Below, piece by piece: positions 14,232-23,644 of a stretch of 32,000 bases of DNA. Position 1 is the stretch's first letter, and each line of letters opens with the position of its first letter. Source of the stretch: Hyperthermus butylicus DSM 5456 (GTDB taxonomy: Archaea; Thermoproteota; Thermoprotei_A; Sulfolobales; Pyrodictiaceae); NCBI RefSeq assembly GCF_000015145.1, contig NC_008818.1, positions 120,001 through 152,000 on the forward strand, given 5' to 3'. The notes beneath the pieces are model-generated. The model did not search any database. It was not told the origin of the DNA and saw only the letters and a program-made list of their open reading frames with translations. Made by a program: the position numbers and the translations under genes.

Positions 14232-14682
14232 GGGTATACCTTGACTCGAGCGCCATAGTGAAGCGGTATATTGAGGAGGATGGAAGCGAAACTGTAGCAG
14301 AGTTCTACGAGAAGGCATTGGATGGCGAGATAACACTTGCATTCTCAATATGGAATGTAGGCGAGGTTCTAGGCGTCCTGGACAAGTATCTGGCTCGTGG
14401 CTGGATATCACGTAGCGAGTACAACACGGCTCTGGCCAGCTTCAGGAGGGAAACCAAGAGGCTTATACGCCTGGGAATACTCAAAGTGGTGCTTGTGAAG
14501 AATCGTCTCCTAGCCTCCTCTTGAGGCTAGTCCTCCGGCACCACATTTACGTAGCGGATGCGCTGCAGATAGTCTCTGCACGGTATGCCCAGGCAGATCT
14601 GCTTGCTACTGGGGATAAGAGGCTAGGCCAGGTTGCCGCAGCGGAGGGTGTTAAAGCGCTTGTACTAGCAGCCGAGAACTAG
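14228..14682 (+). pseudogene. vapC: PIN-domain toxin (VapC) interrupted by a -1 frame break
   Basis: N-terminal ORF 14228..14524: MRVYLDSSAIVKRYIEEDGSE... carries the first PIN acidic residue in the YLDSS motif. The C-terminal half is in frame 1: ...LRLVLRHHIYVADALQIVSARYAQADLLATGDKRLGQVAAAEGVKALVLAAEN, stop at 14680-14682, with the DAlq and TgDkrL PIN motifs. The junction is in cctcctctt near 14513-14521. Confidence 0.7.
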
Positions 14683-14998
14683 CTGGGGATAGGTACGGCC
14701 GGTACCGTAAACATGTAGGTAGTGGTACTTGTGGCTGGCATGTAGGCTGTAGAGGGATACATATCTATCCGTAGGTCCTTGTGTAGCATTCTATGCTCGG
14801 GGATGAGCGAAACCACCGACACTGAGATAGGCCTGGCCACAGCTCTATAGCTAACGCCTGGCTTCAGCTGGGCTGCAGTGCTGAAGCCCAGCGATTGCGA
14901 CCCTCTTGCTCCGTCTTGAGACGCTCGTTGGGTTCGAGTTCAAGTGTAATAGTTGCTCTTCCCTATTGATCTCACTGCCTTAGGCATGGGGGTGGTTG

Positions 14999-15748
14999 AT
15001 GCTGGCTCCGAGGCTGGCTGTACTGCTGGCAGCAGGTCTAGGTACGAGGCTTGGTGGTAAGCCCAAGCCGCTACTACGGGTTGCTGGTAGGCCGCTGGCA
15101 TGGTATCCGCTTAGCGTACTACACCTAGCGGGGGCAAGGGAGGCCTGTATAGTTACGAGGAGCGAGATCGCTGACGAGCTGAGGGGGCTTGCATCCTCAA
15201 TATATGGTGGTGGCAGCGTCACCGTCGTCGTTAACCCTGAGCCCGAGAGGGAGAACGGATATAGCCTCCTACTAGCAGCAACGGAGTGCCCGTTATTGGT
15301 CAGCGAGCCAGCCTACGTAAGTATGACTGACCACATATACTCGCCGCTGATACCGGTAAGGGCTGGCTACAGCGTACAGACCGGCTACTATATGATAGCT
15401 GGCGACTCTGAGCCCTGCTGCATAGACATCGACGAGGCGACGTTTGTGAAGGCAGTACTTCCACGGGGCTACGATGTTGGTAAGGGGATAGCCTGGTGGA
15501 CCCATGTTGACACGGGCGTTCACGTCTATGCGCTCGACTCTTCTGAGCTACAAGCAGTTGCAGCGGGCGAGTACACTGTGAAGCTTAACACTATAACTTC
15601 GAGGCTTGCACAGCGGGGCAGGCTACTCGTAGCAGACGTCTCGTGCCTCCCCTGGACTGAGATAGATACGCCGAGGGACCTGGAGGAGGCTGAGAGGGGT
15701 CAGCGTAGGTGGGTGATAAGGCATGTCGAAGAGTGGCTCCGCAGTTAG
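14999..15748 (+). CDS. CTP:L-myo-inositol-1-phosphate cytidylyltransferase (IPCT)-like NTP-transferase
   Basis: N-terminal LAVLLAAGLGTRLGGKPKPLLRVAGRPL is the nucleotidyltransferase G-x-G-T-R-L signature. It overlaps a downstream CDP-alcohol phosphatidyltransferase by 26 nt. In several hyperthermophiles these two activities are fused as IPCT/DIPPS. ATG at 14999; the track starts at TTG 14996. Confidence 0.75.
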   Translation: MLAPRLAVLLAAGLGTRLGGKPKPLLRVAGRPLAWYPLSVLHLAGAREACIVTRSEIADELRGLASSIYGGGSVTVVVNPEPERENGYSLLLAATECPLLVSEPAYVSMTDHIYSPLIPVRAGYSVQTGYYMIAGDSEPCCIDIDEATFVKAVLPRGYDVGKGIAWWTHVDTGVHVYALDSSELQAVAAGEYTVKLNTITSRLAQRGRLLVADVSCLPWTEIDTPRDLEEAERGQRRWVIRHVEEWLRS

Positions 15749-16382
15749 CTTTGCCAAGCCAACGGACGGCATCATATCGAGAACCATTAACCGGAAGATA
15801 TCAGCGAGGATAACAATGTGGCTCGCATCGTGGAGGAGACCACCGAGCCCCGACACGGTGAGCGTCATAGCAGGGGTCATGGTTGCAGCTGGCGGCTTAG
15901 GCTTCGCTGCTGGCTACCCCTGGCTTGGCGGTATACTAGCCCAGCTCGGCAGCATACTCGACGGGGTCGACGGGGAGATAGCAAGGGTCCTAGGCCGCCA
16001 GAGCAAGGCAGGAGCACTCTTCGACACTGTACTAGATAGGCTAGCTGATATAGTACTACTCCTCGGCATGGTCCTAGCCGTAGCGGAAACACTAGACCCC
16101 ATACTGGCTGTTACGGTTGCACTAGCAGCTATAACGGGAGACCTCATGGTGTCATACATTCACGCCTTTGGCGAGAAGGTAGCCGGCAGGCACCCTGTAC
16201 TCATAGGGAGGATACCGGGCATAGCAAGCCGCGACGTGAGGCTCTTCACGGTCTTCATAGCAGGGCTGCTAGGCAGACCCCTAGAAGGCCTCATAACTGT
16301 CGCACTGCTCGGCCATACATATACTGTTGCTAAGACTGTTGAACTAATAAAGTACCTTGATCAAGGTGGGAGACCGCGCTGA
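15723..16382 (+). CDS. CDP-alcohol phosphatidyltransferase family, di-myo-inositol-1,3'-phosphate-1'-phosphate synthase (DIPPS)-like
   Basis: DGVDGEIARVLGRQSKAGALFDTVLDRLAD matches the family motif D-G-x2-A-R-x8-G-x3-D-x3-D. Multiple TM helices. The N-terminal DGIISRTINRKISARIT resembles the DIPPS juxtamembrane helix. Confidence 0.8.
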   Translation: MSKSGSAVSFAKPTDGIISRTINRKISARITMWLASWRRPPSPDTVSVIAGVMVAAGGLGFAAGYPWLGGILAQLGSILDGVDGEIARVLGRQSKAGALFDTVLDRLADIVLLLGMVLAVAETLDPILAVTVALAAITGDLMVSYIHAFGEKVAGRHPVLIGRIPGIASRDVRLFTVFIAGLLGRPLEGLITVALLGHTYTVAKTVELIKYLDQGGRPR

Positions 16383-16430
16383 ATTATAACCTCAAACCAT
16401 AAACAATAGTGGTGGAGGCGAAACAAGACC

Positions 16431-17168
16431 ATGAGCGAGTTACGCAGAAAAGCCCTCGAGATTATCGAGCAAGCCCTGCGCGAGGGCCGCAGCAAGCTCC
16501 TCGAGCATGAAGCACTAGCGGTAGCAGAACTCTATGGCGTACCCGTAGCTGGCTACGGCCTCGCACGCAACGAAGACGAAGCTGTAGAGGCAGCCGAAAG
16601 GATAGGCTACCCAGTAGTCCTCAAGATTGTTAGCCCAGACATAGTCCACAAGAGTGACGTAGGGGGCGTCATAGTAGGCCTGGAAAAACCTGAAGACGTA
16701 AAGAAAGCCTACAACGAGATCATCGAGAACGTAAAGAGGCATGCTCCCAACGCGAGAATAGTAGGAGTACTAGTCCAGAAGATGGCACCCAAGGGTGCGG
16801 TAGAAGTTATAGTTGGAGGTCTACGCGACCCAGTCTTCGGCCCAACAATAATGTTCGGCCTAGGTGGCATATTCGTAGAGGTGTTCCGTGATGTAAGCTT
16901 CCGCGTGGCACCCTTCACAGAGCGCGATGCAGAGGAAATGATAAACGAGATCAAAGCCTCAAAGATACTAAAGGGCTACAGAAACCTGCCCCCCAGGGAC
17001 ATCAAGGCATTAATCAAGGTGATAATGGCGGCACAGAAGCTAATGGTGGAAAACCCTGAGATACGAGAACTAGACCTAAACCCAGTCCTAAGCTACCCAG
17101 ACAGTGCAATAACAGTGGATGCAAGAATAATAGTTGGGAGAGAAGAGCACAGTGAGGAGCACCACTAA
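16431..17168 (+). CDS. acdB: Acetate--CoA ligase (ADP-forming) beta subunit (ATP-grasp domain)
   Basis: LEHEALAVAELYGVPVAGYGLARNEDEAVEAAERIGYPVVLKIVSPDIVHKSDVGGV...GPTIMFGLGGIFVEVFRDVSFRVAP...ELDLNPV...AITVDARI is collinear with Pyrococcus-type ACD beta subunits, as recalled from family knowledge. No alpha subunit is in the window. Confidence 0.85.
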   Translation: MSELRRKALEIIEQALREGRSKLLEHEALAVAELYGVPVAGYGLARNEDEAVEAAERIGYPVVLKIVSPDIVHKSDVGGVIVGLEKPEDVKKAYNEIIENVKRHAPNARIVGVLVQKMAPKGAVEVIVGGLRDPVFGPTIMFGLGGIFVEVFRDVSFRVAPFTERDAEEMINEIKASKILKGYRNLPPRDIKALIKVIMAAQKLMVENPEIRELDLNPVLSYPDSAITVDARIIVGREEHSEEHH

Positions 17169-17570
17169 CAACTCTCTCCGTTGACGGTGGTTGGTTTTAA
17201 CACTCCCTTAGTTAGGCACCACCAACTCCTCCCATTTACAGGCTGGAACCACACAGTAGTAGCCATGGCGGCCCCTCTTTCCCATAGAGGTGCCATGTAG
17301 CTGTCCCGTGGTCGGCACTGCCTGGAGCTGGGGTGGACATGGGAGGCTCTCGTTAGCGGGAACCGTGGAAGTCTGTTGTCTGCAAAAGTTTACAGCAAAG
17401 AAGGCTCGTGTAAGAATGAGCGTTGTGGATAGTACTAGGACTCAGCTGGTATTCGGAACCAGTGTATGGATCGGGTTTACAAGCGAGGATGAACGTGGAG
17501 CTGAGAGGCTCCTCGGGCGGCTCCTCTAGCAGTACAGCCGGAGTGTCCATGGAGAGGAGCCAGCGTCTCC

Positions 17571-17580
17571 GTAAAAAACG
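17571..17580 (-). terminator. Oligo-T tract downstream of the malic enzyme gene
   Basis: The plus strand reads gtaaaaaacg, so the minus strand has a T6 run (17573-17578) 25-30 nt after the stop at 17603. Confidence 0.4.
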
Positions 17581-17602
17581 GAATTGATTAGTCTTTTTGG
17601 GT

Positions 17603-19000
17603 CTATCTAGCTTTGAGCATTTCTTCCCTCTGGCGTCTAGCACGCTGTATTACAGCTTCTACCTCTTCGGGCAGCTTCTTTATGAGGCCTACGTCTACTA
17701 GTTTGAGTACCTTCTCTCTGCTCGTAGCGATTATCTGTTTGGCCTTCTCGTACTCCTCCTCGTATGTAGTCTTGAGCCTTGCTACTCCCTCCTCCACAGC
17801 CCTTACTGCGGTTGCGGCGGCTACGCGTGGATATACCTCCCACTCTTCCATCGATGGTATGATGTAGTCTTCTCGTAGCCCCTTCTCCTCGGCGAATCTT
17901 GCCAGCTCCTCGGCAGCAGCTATAGCCATGGTGTCGGTGATTGTCCTGGCGCGTACGTCCAGTACGCCACGGAATATTGAGGGGAATGCAAGGCTATTGT
18001 TTACCTGGTTGGGGAAGTCGCTGCGCCCAGTCGCTACGACCCTTGCACCAGCCTCCTTAGCCTCCCATGGCCATATCTCTGGCACAGGGTTAGCCTCGGC
18101 GAAGACTATGGGGTCCTTGTCCATTAGCTTTATCCACTCGGGCTTTATCACGCCTGGCCCTGGCTTGGAAGCCGCTACAACAGCTTCTGCACCTTCGAGG
18201 GCCTCCTTTATGCCGCCGCCTCGTAGCTGGTTCCAGCCGCCGTCGGTCTCGACTGCTATCTGGTACTTCCACGGGTTCTTCTCCTTCAGCTTCTCGATGT
18301 CCTCTCTCTGGCTGTGCAGTACACCCTTAGAGTCTACCACGACCATATTCTTGGGATCTACGCCATAGGCCTTCAACAGTCTGTAAAGTGCAGTGTTGGC
18401 GGCACCGGCACCTATGAGTGCTATCCTCATCTTGCGCAGGTCTCTGCCAGTGAGCTTAGCGGCGTTTATGAGGCCTGCAAGGGTTACGGTTGCGGTACCC
18501 TGCTGGTCGTCATGCCATATGGGTATGTTTAGCCGTTTCCGAGCCTCGTCAAGGAGGTAGAAGCACTTGGGGCTCTCGATATCCTCGAGGTTTATGCCGC
18601 CAAAGCTCGGCTCTATTAACACGAGTAGCTCGAGGAACTTCTCCCGATCCCTCGCCCTGTGAACTAGGGGCACGGCATCAACGCCGCCCAGGGCTTTGAA
18701 GAGAAGGGCCTTACCCTCCATTACCGGGAGGGCGCCTTCGGGCCCAATAGCGCCTAGGCCTAGAACCCTAGTACCGTCGCTTACAACGGCGACGGTGTTC
18801 CAACGCCAGGTATTGTGGAATGTTGCGTCTGGATCCTCGGCGTCCTCCTTGGCGGGGCCTGCTACGCCAGGGGTGTACCAGATAGCGAAGTCGTCTTGGC
18901 GAAATGCAGGAACCTTAGGTATAACCTCTATCTTGCCCTCGTAGAGCCGGTGTAGTTTCTTGGAGATACTATACCAGTCTATCCTCTCTTTTTCGGACAT
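17603..19000 (-). CDS. NAD(P)-dependent malic enzyme (oxaloacetate-decarboxylating malate dehydrogenase)
   Basis: ATG start. [70 protein letters not shown] and the Rossmann motif [12 protein letters not shown] are the canonical small malic-enzyme blocks. Confidence 0.9.
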   Translation of the reverse strand: MSEKERIDWYSISKKLHRLYEGKIEVIPKVPAFRQDDFAIWYTPGVAGPAKEDAEDPDATFHNTWRWNTVAVVSDGTRVLGLGAIGPEGALPVMEGKALLFKALGGVDAVPLVHRARDREKFLELLVLIEPSFGGINLEDIESPKCFYLLDEARKRLNIPIWHDDQQGTATVTLAGLINAAKLTGRDLRKMRIALIGAGAANTALYRLLKAYGVDPKNMVVVDSKGVLHSQREDIEKLKEKNPWKYQIAVETDGGWNQLRGGGIKEALEGAEAVVAASKPGPGVIKPEWIKLMDKDPIVFAEANPVPEIWPWEAKEAGARVVATGRSDFPNQVNNSLAFPSIFRGVLDVRARTITDTMAIAAAEELARFAEEKGLREDYIIPSMEEWEVYPRVAAATAVRAVEEGVARLKTTYEEEYEKAKQIIATSREKVLKLVDVGLIKKLPEEVEAVIQRARRQREEMLKAR

Positions 19001-19282
19001 GATATTTTGGACACCTCTAGCTGGCCGTGTTTGGTAACGATTTGTAAATGTTAAAACATGTTGTGGTTTAGAATGATTGAAAATGTTCAGTGACAGGTTT
19101 GTTCGGGGGTTAAATATGAGAACAATGCCCCCTAAGACTAGATAGAATGGTGATATATCATGATTTTAATATTAATAACTATATTTGTTTGTGGAATGTA
19201 TTCATCAATACACTTAATGTGTCCGCTCCTTGCAGACTCACTGAGTGGAGGCTACAGGGGCTTAACGGGAGGCGCGTAACAC
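19001..19282. promoter_or_regulatory. AT-rich divergent promoter/control region between the malic enzyme gene and the sdh operon
   Basis: This is the most AT-rich stretch I noticed in the window (13 G/C in the 60 nt 19141-19200). It contains perfect palindromes TGATATATCA (19151-19160), TTAATATTAA (19166-19175) and AACATGTT (19055-19062), several TATA-like words, and GGGAGG 14 nt before the sdhA ATG. Confidence 0.5.
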
Positions 19283-21040
19283 ATGGTGGATATGTTCTAC
19301 TATGACGTAGTGATAGTTGGCTCTGGATTAGCGGGTCTGCGCGCTGCACTAGAGATCAAGCGCACCTACGGCGACAAGATTAGCGTTGCGCTGATAAGCA
19401 AGGTTCAGCTCATGAGGAGCCACAGTGTCGCAGCCCAGGGTGGTACAGCGGCAGTACTCTACCCGGAGGAGGGAGACAGCTTTGCCCTACACGCCTGGGA
19501 TACGATTAAGGGTAGTGACTTCCTTGCCGACCAGGATGCGGTCTGGCTGTTTGTAAAGCTAATGCCCGAGGAAATAAGACTGCTTGAGCGCTGGGGGCTC
19601 CCCTGGAGCAGAAGGCCCGACGGTAGAATAGCACAGAGGCCCTTCGGAGGGCACAGCTTTCCCCGAGCCACATATGCAGCTGACAAGACTGGCTTCTACG
19701 AGATGCAGACCCTCTATAGCAGGCTAGTTGGCTATGACAACTGGGATCGCTATGACGAGGTCTTTGTTACAAGCATTATAATCGAGGATGGAGTATTCAA
19801 GGGTGTTACAGCCATTGATATGAGGAGTGGCGAGTTTCTAGTCTTCCGGGCTAGGGCAGGCATAATTGCTACGGGTGGTGCTGGCAGAATATACAAGTTC
19901 ACCACTTACGCCCACACGGTAACAGGCGACGGCCAAGCAATGGCGCTACGTGCTGGTATACCACTCAAAGACATGGAGTTCATCCAGTTCCATCCCACGG
20001 GCCTAGTCCCCTCGGGTATACTAATCACGGAGGGTGCACGCGGCGAGGGAGGCTATCTCATAAACAAGAACGGCGAAAGGTTCATGAAGCGTTATGCTCC
20101 TCAGAGGATGGAGCTAGCACCACGTGATGTCGTGTCGAGAGCAATTATGACTGAGATACGTGAGGGTAGAGGGTTCCGCGATCCGGTAAGCGGGCTCGAG
20201 TACGTGCTGCTTGACCTGCGCCATCTCGGCGAGGAGAAGATAAATGAAAGGCTCCCCGGTATACGCGAGATAGCAATCAAGCATGCAGGCATAGACCCTG
20301 TCACGGAGCCCATACCGGTGAGACCTGCAGCCCACTACTCGATGGGCGGCATTCACACCGACAAGTACTATCGCGTCTTAACCGTGGATGGTAAGTGGGT
20401 TAAGGGTCTCTGGGCTGCGGGTGAGGTTGCATCAGCAAGTATTCATGGCGCTAACAGATTGGGTGCCAACAGCACAGCAGAGTGTCTCACAAGCGGTCGT
20501 ATAGCTGGCAGGCAAGCAGCTCAGTATGTGATCAAGACCAAGGAGATGGGTATGCCCGACCCGAAGCCCAGCGAGTCCAGCATAGCCAAGGAGGAGAAGA
20601 GGATATTCGATATGCTATTGAAGCATGAATCCGGCTCTGCAACAGTATACGAAATTAGGGCGAAGCTCCGCGAGACAATGGACAAGTATGTCTACGTATT
20701 CCGCGATGAAGAGGGGTTAAAGAAGGCACTGAAGATAATACTAGAGCTACGCGAGGCCATGAAAAAGGTGTATCCGAGCGATAAGAGCAGGATATACAAC
20801 ACAGACATGATAACAGTTCTCGAGACCCAAAACATGCTCGATGTAGCCTACTCAGTAGCCTATGGAGCTCTACTACGTACAGAGAGTCGCGGAGCCCACT
20901 ACAGAATAGACTATCCGAAGAGAGACGATGAGAACTGGCTAAAACACACCCTAACATACCTAACAGCAGACGACAAAATAGAAGTAACCTACACACCGGT
21001 AACAATCACAACGTGGAAGCCGATAGAGCGCAAGTACTAG
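19283..21040 (+). CDS. sdhA: Succinate dehydrogenase / fumarate reductase flavoprotein subunit
   Basis: FAD-binding [25 protein letters not shown] contains the histidine that binds FAD covalently. [12 protein letters not shown], and HYSMGGI...GLWAAGE...HGANRLG are also present. Confidence 0.93.
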   Translation: MVDMFYYDVVIVGSGLAGLRAALEIKRTYGDKISVALISKVQLMRSHSVAAQGGTAAVLYPEEGDSFALHAWDTIKGSDFLADQDAVWLFVKLMPEEIRLLERWGLPWSRRPDGRIAQRPFGGHSFPRATYAADKTGFYEMQTLYSRLVGYDNWDRYDEVFVTSIIIEDGVFKGVTAIDMRSGEFLVFRARAGIIATGGAGRIYKFTTYAHTVTGDGQAMALRAGIPLKDMEFIQFHPTGLVPSGILITEGARGEGGYLINKNGERFMKRYAPQRMELAPRDVVSRAIMTEIREGRGFRDPVSGLEYVLLDLRHLGEEKINERLPGIREIAIKHAGIDPVTEPIPVRPAAHYSMGGIHTDKYYRVLTVDGKWVKGLWAAGEVASASIHGANRLGANSTAECLTSGRIAGRQAAQYVIKTKEMGMPDPKPSESSIAKEEKRIFDMLLKHESGSATVYEIRAKLRETMDKYVYVFRDEEGLKKALKIILELREAMKKVYPSDKSRIYNTDMITVLETQNMLDVAYSVAYGALLRTESRGAHYRIDYPKRDDENWLKHTLTYLTADDKIEVTYTPVTITTWKPIERKY

Positions 21041-21093
21041 TACACCCCTATCTTGTTTCCCGTGCTTAGCGTGTCAATCTCAGATCATGGGGG

Positions 21094-21582
21094 ATGTATG
21101 GCTTGGCCGGGGAGAAGAGGAAACGTGTACTCCTCGAGAACATGCCCGGGTTCCTAGCTGCAAGCCTAAACCCATGGCTCATCAAGGCGAAGAATAACCC
21201 GGAAAGGCTAGCATTCATTCTACACCGCGTAACCGGCTTCATAATCGTAGTATACCTGCTAGCCCACGTCATCGTTACAAGCTACTCAACAAACCCTACA
21301 CAATGGGAGGATATAATGTCAACGTTTGCTAACAGCCTATTCAACAAGATTGGCGAGTGGATTGTGGCAGGTGCAGTCATCTACCATGGGCTTAATGGTA
21401 TAAGACTACTACTTGTAGAATTCTTCGGTACAGGTATCGGGAAGCCAGAGCTGCCAAAGCCTCCATACATACCGCCAAGCCTCAAGGGAGGCCAGAGAAC
21501 CGGGCTTTACATAGTGTTCGCCTTGAGCATCATAGGCTGGATGCTTGCGGGCATATTGATTTTCACGGGTCGACTATTCTAG
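21094..21582 (+). CDS. sdhC: Succinate dehydrogenase membrane anchor / cytochrome b subunit
   Basis: Three TM helices. ERLAFILHRVTGFIIVVYLLAHV and YHGLNGIRLL are SdhC-type His-containing motifs. It sits between sdhA and sdhB. An alternative start is the internal M of MPGFLAAS. Confidence 0.75.
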   Translation: MYGLAGEKRKRVLLENMPGFLAASLNPWLIKAKNNPERLAFILHRVTGFIIVVYLLAHVIVTSYSTNPTQWEDIMSTFANSLFNKIGEWIVAGAVIYHGLNGIRLLLVEFFGTGIGKPELPKPPYIPPSLKGGQRTGLYIVFALSIIGWMLAGILIFTGRLF

Positions 21583-21612
21583 GCCGAATAGACGTGAAGG
21601 AGGTGACCTAGG

Positions 21613-21969
21613 GTGGCACGTGCATCCACGCTACAGATATGGCAATACATTACAGCGATGATACTCGTATTAGTGCTAACATTCCACCTCGTAGAGCGGA
21701 TTCCAGGCATAAGCCCGCTAGCAGCAGAAAGCTACGAAGGCAGTCTTGAGGTTGAGAAGGTGCAAAATGCCTACAGCGAGTACTGGTGGATATTGGCAAT
21801 ACTCCTTGTTGCAGCATTATTCCACGGCCTCAACGGGCTTCGTGGCATGTTGCTAGAGATGAGGCAGGGTAGGGCCTGGACGATATTCGTAAACGTATTG
21901 TTCTGGATTCTCTTCATAGGCTTCACCATATACGGGCTCAACACGATAATAACTCATCTCCAGGGCTAG
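21613..21969 (+). CDS. sdhD: Succinate dehydrogenase second membrane anchor subunit
   Basis: GTG start, three TM helices. FHLVERIP and FHGLNGLRGML repeat the HGLNG-x-R motif of the preceding subunit, so it appears to be a paralogous anchor. Confidence 0.7.
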   Translation: MARASTLQIWQYITAMILVLVLTFHLVERIPGISPLAAESYEGSLEVEKVQNAYSEYWWILAILLVAALFHGLNGLRGMLLEMRQGRAWTIFVNVLFWILFIGFTIYGLNTIITHLQG

Positions 21970-22015
21970 CCCGTGAAGGCCATGCGGCAGGCTATAATGT
22001 GGGGGTGAACGATGT

Positions 22016-22939
22016 ATGGCCGAGAGGCTCGGCTCGATACCCGAGCCACCGAAGGAGGTAATCTTTCGGATTAAACGCTACGATCCCGAGACAGGGAGAA
22101 GCTGGTGGCAAGAGTACAGGGTGCAGACATACCGAGGCATGACGGTGCTTGACGCCCTGATATGGATTAAGGAGCGTCTGGACCCGACGCTGTCGATGAG
22201 GTATAGCTGCCGCCAGGGCGTCTGTGGGAGCTGTGGAATGCTGATAAATGGTACCCCGAGGCTCGCTTGTCAGACACAAGTGGGGGCAATAGCCACCAAT
22301 GAGAAGCCAGTGGTTACCGTGGAGCCGTTGCCAAACTTTCCGGTGGTACGTGACCTCGTAACAGACTTTACAAGGTTCTTCGAGAAGCATAGAGCCATAA
22401 TGCCCTACATCATAAGGCGGAACCCCAGGGAGGTTGACGAAGCCAAATACGAGTTTCTGATGAGCCCCGAGGAGCACATGGAAATATACCAGTACAGCCT
22501 ATGTATAATGTGTGGCCTATGCTATGCAGCCTGCCCAGTAGCAGCCTCCGACCCCGAGTACCTTGGGCCGCAAGCGCTAACCCAGGCCTATAGGTTCATA
22601 GTAGATGTCCGCGATGAAGGTGCAGAGAAGAGGATAGCAGTAGTAGATACAGAGCACGGCTGCCACCGCTGCCACTTTGCGGCCTCATGCAGCGCGGTCT
22701 GCCCCAAGGACGTGGATCCAGCGGCGGCGATACAGAGGCTGAGGAGAATAGTCTTCCTAGACAAGCTAGGCCTCTGGAGGAAGAGGAAGACATCAAAGGT
22801 TGCGGGTCCATTGGAGAAGCCGCTAAGACAAGTAAAGGCTGAGTACCCCAAGCACAACCTGCTAGAAGGCGTAGACCCCGAGCAACAGGCGAGGGAGCCG
22901 GTAAACATAGACCTCCACGAGGAGTGGCTCAGAGAGTGA
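22016..22939 (+). CDS. sdhB: Succinate dehydrogenase iron-sulfur subunit
   Basis: CRQGVCGSCGMLINGTPRLAC (2Fe-2S), CIMCGLCYAACP (4Fe-4S) and CHRCHFAASCSAVCPK (3Fe-4S). About 60 extra C-terminal residues follow the usual end of the family. Confidence 0.92.
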   Translation: MAERLGSIPEPPKEVIFRIKRYDPETGRSWWQEYRVQTYRGMTVLDALIWIKERLDPTLSMRYSCRQGVCGSCGMLINGTPRLACQTQVGAIATNEKPVVTVEPLPNFPVVRDLVTDFTRFFEKHRAIMPYIIRRNPREVDEAKYEFLMSPEEHMEIYQYSLCIMCGLCYAACPVAASDPEYLGPQALTQAYRFIVDVRDEGAEKRIAVVDTEHGCHRCHFAASCSAVCPKDVDPAAAIQRLRRIVFLDKLGLWRKRKTSKVAGPLEKPLRQVKAEYPKHNLLEGVDPEQQAREPVNIDLHEEWLRE

Positions 22940-22980
22940 GTGGCACATCAAAAAAGGGTTGTGTTGGCAAGCCTAATCCT

Positions 22981-23001
22981 GCTTTTTCACACCCCTCTTT
23001 T
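22981..23001 (+). terminator. Oligo-T tracts downstream of sdhB
   Basis: gctttttcacacccctcttttag has T5 at 22983-22987 and T4 at 22997-23000, 44-60 nt after the sdhB stop. The A6 run at 22950-22955 is the equivalent minus-strand T6 for the convergent fumarase operon. Confidence 0.35.
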
Positions 23002-23021
23002 AGTCTGGAAGACATCGCCGC

Positions 23022-23621
23022 TTATATCCTGCTAAGTATTTCCTCCATCCTCTTCCTAGCGTTCTCCATTACCTCGTCGTAGAGATTCTTGCCGGTTGCA
23101 TCAATGACTACTGTTAGGGGGCCGAAGTCTTCGACTTCGAAGAGCCATACTGCCTCTGGGATGCCTAGCTCCTCCAGCCAGTAGACATCAACTACCCGCT
23201 TAATTGCCTGGGCCGCTAGTACAGCAGCACCACCTGTAAAGACAGCGTAGACGGCGCCGTACCTTCTGCACGCCTCAGCGGTCCTGGGCCCCATGCCTCC
23301 CTTGCCTATAACCATTCTAACCCCAGTCTTTGCTATGAATTCGTGCTCTACGGGCTCCATCCTGGTGCTTGTTGTTGGCCCGGCAGCTACTACCTCCCAC
23401 TCGCCATTCCTCTTCCTAACAACGGGGCCTACATGGTATACTGCTAGACCCCTCGGCTCGAACGGTAGCTTCTCGTTGCGGTTGAGAAGCTCGAGAATCT
23501 TCCGGTGCGCAGCGTCCCTAGCGGTGAATATTAGGCCAGAGAGGTATACGATGTCCCCTACGCGTAGCTTGCGTACATCCTCCTCGGAGAGGGGAGTCCG
23601 GAGCCTATACACGTTGGTCAT
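23022..23621 (-). CDS. fumB: Class I (Fe-S) fumarate hydratase, beta subunit
   Basis: From ATG 23621: MTNVYRLRTPLSEEDVRKLRVGDIVYLSGLIFTARDAAHRKILE...IGKGGMG..., the typical beta-subunit sequence of the tartrate/fumarate hydro-lyase family. The track ORF extends to 23672, but that extension overlaps the alpha subunit. Confidence 0.88.
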   Translation of the reverse strand: MTNVYRLRTPLSEEDVRKLRVGDIVYLSGLIFTARDAAHRKILELLNRNEKLPFEPRGLAVYHVGPVVRKRNGEWEVVAAGPTTSTRMEPVEHEFIAKTGVRMVIGKGGMGPRTAEACRRYGAVYAVFTGGAAVLAAQAIKRVVDVYWLEELGIPEAVWLFEVEDFGPLTVVIDATGKNLYDEVMENARKRMEEILSRI

Positions 23622-23644
23622 GGGGTTCACCCCTTTGCATGGAT

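Noticed and set aside
14800-14890. Possible C/D box sRNA (GGATGAG ... CTGA) and the hairpin GGCTTCAGC-N11-GCTGAAGCC upstream of the IPCT gene
   Set aside because: The box sequences deviate from RUGAUGA, the box spacing (14 nt) is off, and no C'/D' pair follows. The hairpin alone is not diagnostic.
17290-17643. ORFs 17290..17529 (+) and 17353..17643 (-)
   Set aside because: They overlap each other, have no motifs, and the minus-strand ORF overlaps the 3' end of the malic enzyme gene. They are not reported as genes and are only mentioned in the spacer finding.
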